15,468 nucleotides of DNA. Origin: Bdellovibrionota bacterium (GTDB lineage: Bacteria > Bdellovibrionota_C > UBA2361). Below, one piece after another: positions 14,710 to 15,468 of the stretch. Under the pieces are notes generated by a model. That model ran no database searches and was not told where the DNA came from. It worked only from the letters and a program-made list of their open reading frames with translations. Positions within the stretch are counted from its first letter, which is position 1. The number at the start of each line of letters is the position of its first letter. The DNA lies in contig JBILDU010000075.1 of the NCBI GenBank assembly GCA_044352465.1, positions 1 through 15,468 of the forward strand. Reading direction: 5' to 3'. The translations under genes were made by a program, and so were the position numbers.

Positions 14710-15468
14710 ATGAAAGATCTCTCGAAGATAGCCCTCCAGATGAGGGAGGATTGGAATCGCCGGATCAAGCACGACTACCGCTTCTGGATGAGCGATGGTC
14801 ACCGCGATGACGCCACGATGTGGCAGTCGGGTGAGCGCGATCTATCGATTATGCTGGCTGGGGTCGAGTCGACTGAATCGATGACGCTCCTCGATGTGGG
14901 GTGTGGGGTGGGACGACTCCTGAAGCCGGCGTTGGCCCGCTTTCGCAACGTTATCGGTGTTGATGTCTCGGACCAAGCGATCGCCAAAGCGCGCGCTCTT
15001 CTCGGAGAGAAGCCGACCCTTATCGTGGGTAACGGCACGGACCTGCATCCGATCTCAGATAACAGTATCGATGTCGCCATCAGCTTCGCAGCGATAACGA
15101 GTATGCCGACCGACGTAATGGCGGCTTACCTTCGGGAGTTCCATCGTGTTTTGAAACCGAATGGGATTGCCCGGTTGCAGATCTACCTCGGCACTGAAAG
15201 TACGGTCGAGCAGAACGATACGCTACAGCTGCGGTGCTACAGCGAAGAGAAGTTCGCTCGAGCAGTTCAAGCCGCTGGATTCGAACTGGAATGGAGTCGC
15301 GATCTTGTTCTCCCGTTTAAGGTCTCTTTCGAGGAGCTGGGAATCATCGCGCGGGTAGTCTCTCTTCGACGCAGCGCCCACGCTCCGGCCGAGATCGATG
15401 CTATCGCCGCGCTGGTGAGCCCAGCAGCCGAGAGTGGCGGGGGCGAATATTCGAAGATCTCGAGTGTT
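14710..15468 (+). CDS. Class I SAM-dependent methyltransferase, 3'-truncated (absent from the ORF track because there is no stop in the window)
   Basis: Translation from ATG 14710: MKDLSKIALQMREDWNRR...LLDVGCGVGRLL (motif I), VIGVDVS, GNGTDL, DNSIDVAIS, LREFHRVLKPNG. Open to the window end. Confidence 0.92.
   Translation, partial: MKDLSKIALQMREDWNRRIKHDYRFWMSDGHRDDATMWQSGERDLSIMLAGVESTESMTLLDVGCGVGRLLKPALARFRNVIGVDVSDQAIAKARALLGEKPTLIVGNGTDLHPISDNSIDVAISFAAITSMPTDVMAAYLREFHRVLKPNGIARLQIYLGTESTVEQNDTLQLRCYSEEKFARAVQAAGFELEWSRDLVLPFKVSFEELGIIARVVSLRRSAHAPAEIDAIAALVSPAAESGGGEYSKISSV

Overview
GC-rich bacterial chromosomal window with no tRNA, rRNA, CRISPR array or mobile element visible. The organism is probably flagellated, since fliS, cheX and a sigma-28-type promoter are present. 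Gene order: 5'-truncated ROK kinase (+); a minus-strand cluster of a small secreted protein, a 77-aa sORF with an ECF/sigmaE-like promoter, a SWIM-SNF2 helicase and a cold-shock/DUF1294 fusion; orphan cheX (+); a GT-C-like polytopic membrane protein and an EamA/DMT transporter (-) separated by a perfect 4x16-bp tandem repeat; a candidate ~75-nt sRNA or attenuator with an intrinsic terminator (-); two tandem, divergent Ntn-hydrolase asparaginase-2 paralogues (+); a convergent PGM1-like ATP-grasp ligase (-) with a basic Pro-rich sORF upstream; orphan fliS (+) followed by a 21-bp perfect hairpin; and a 3'-truncated class I SAM methyltransferase (+). The most interesting unexplained signals are the 7.4-13.8 kb cluster (GT-C-like protein, two Ntn amidohydrolases, ATP-grasp ligase) and the candidate small RNA at about 9346-9437. 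All family calls come from motifs recognised by eye, not from database searches.
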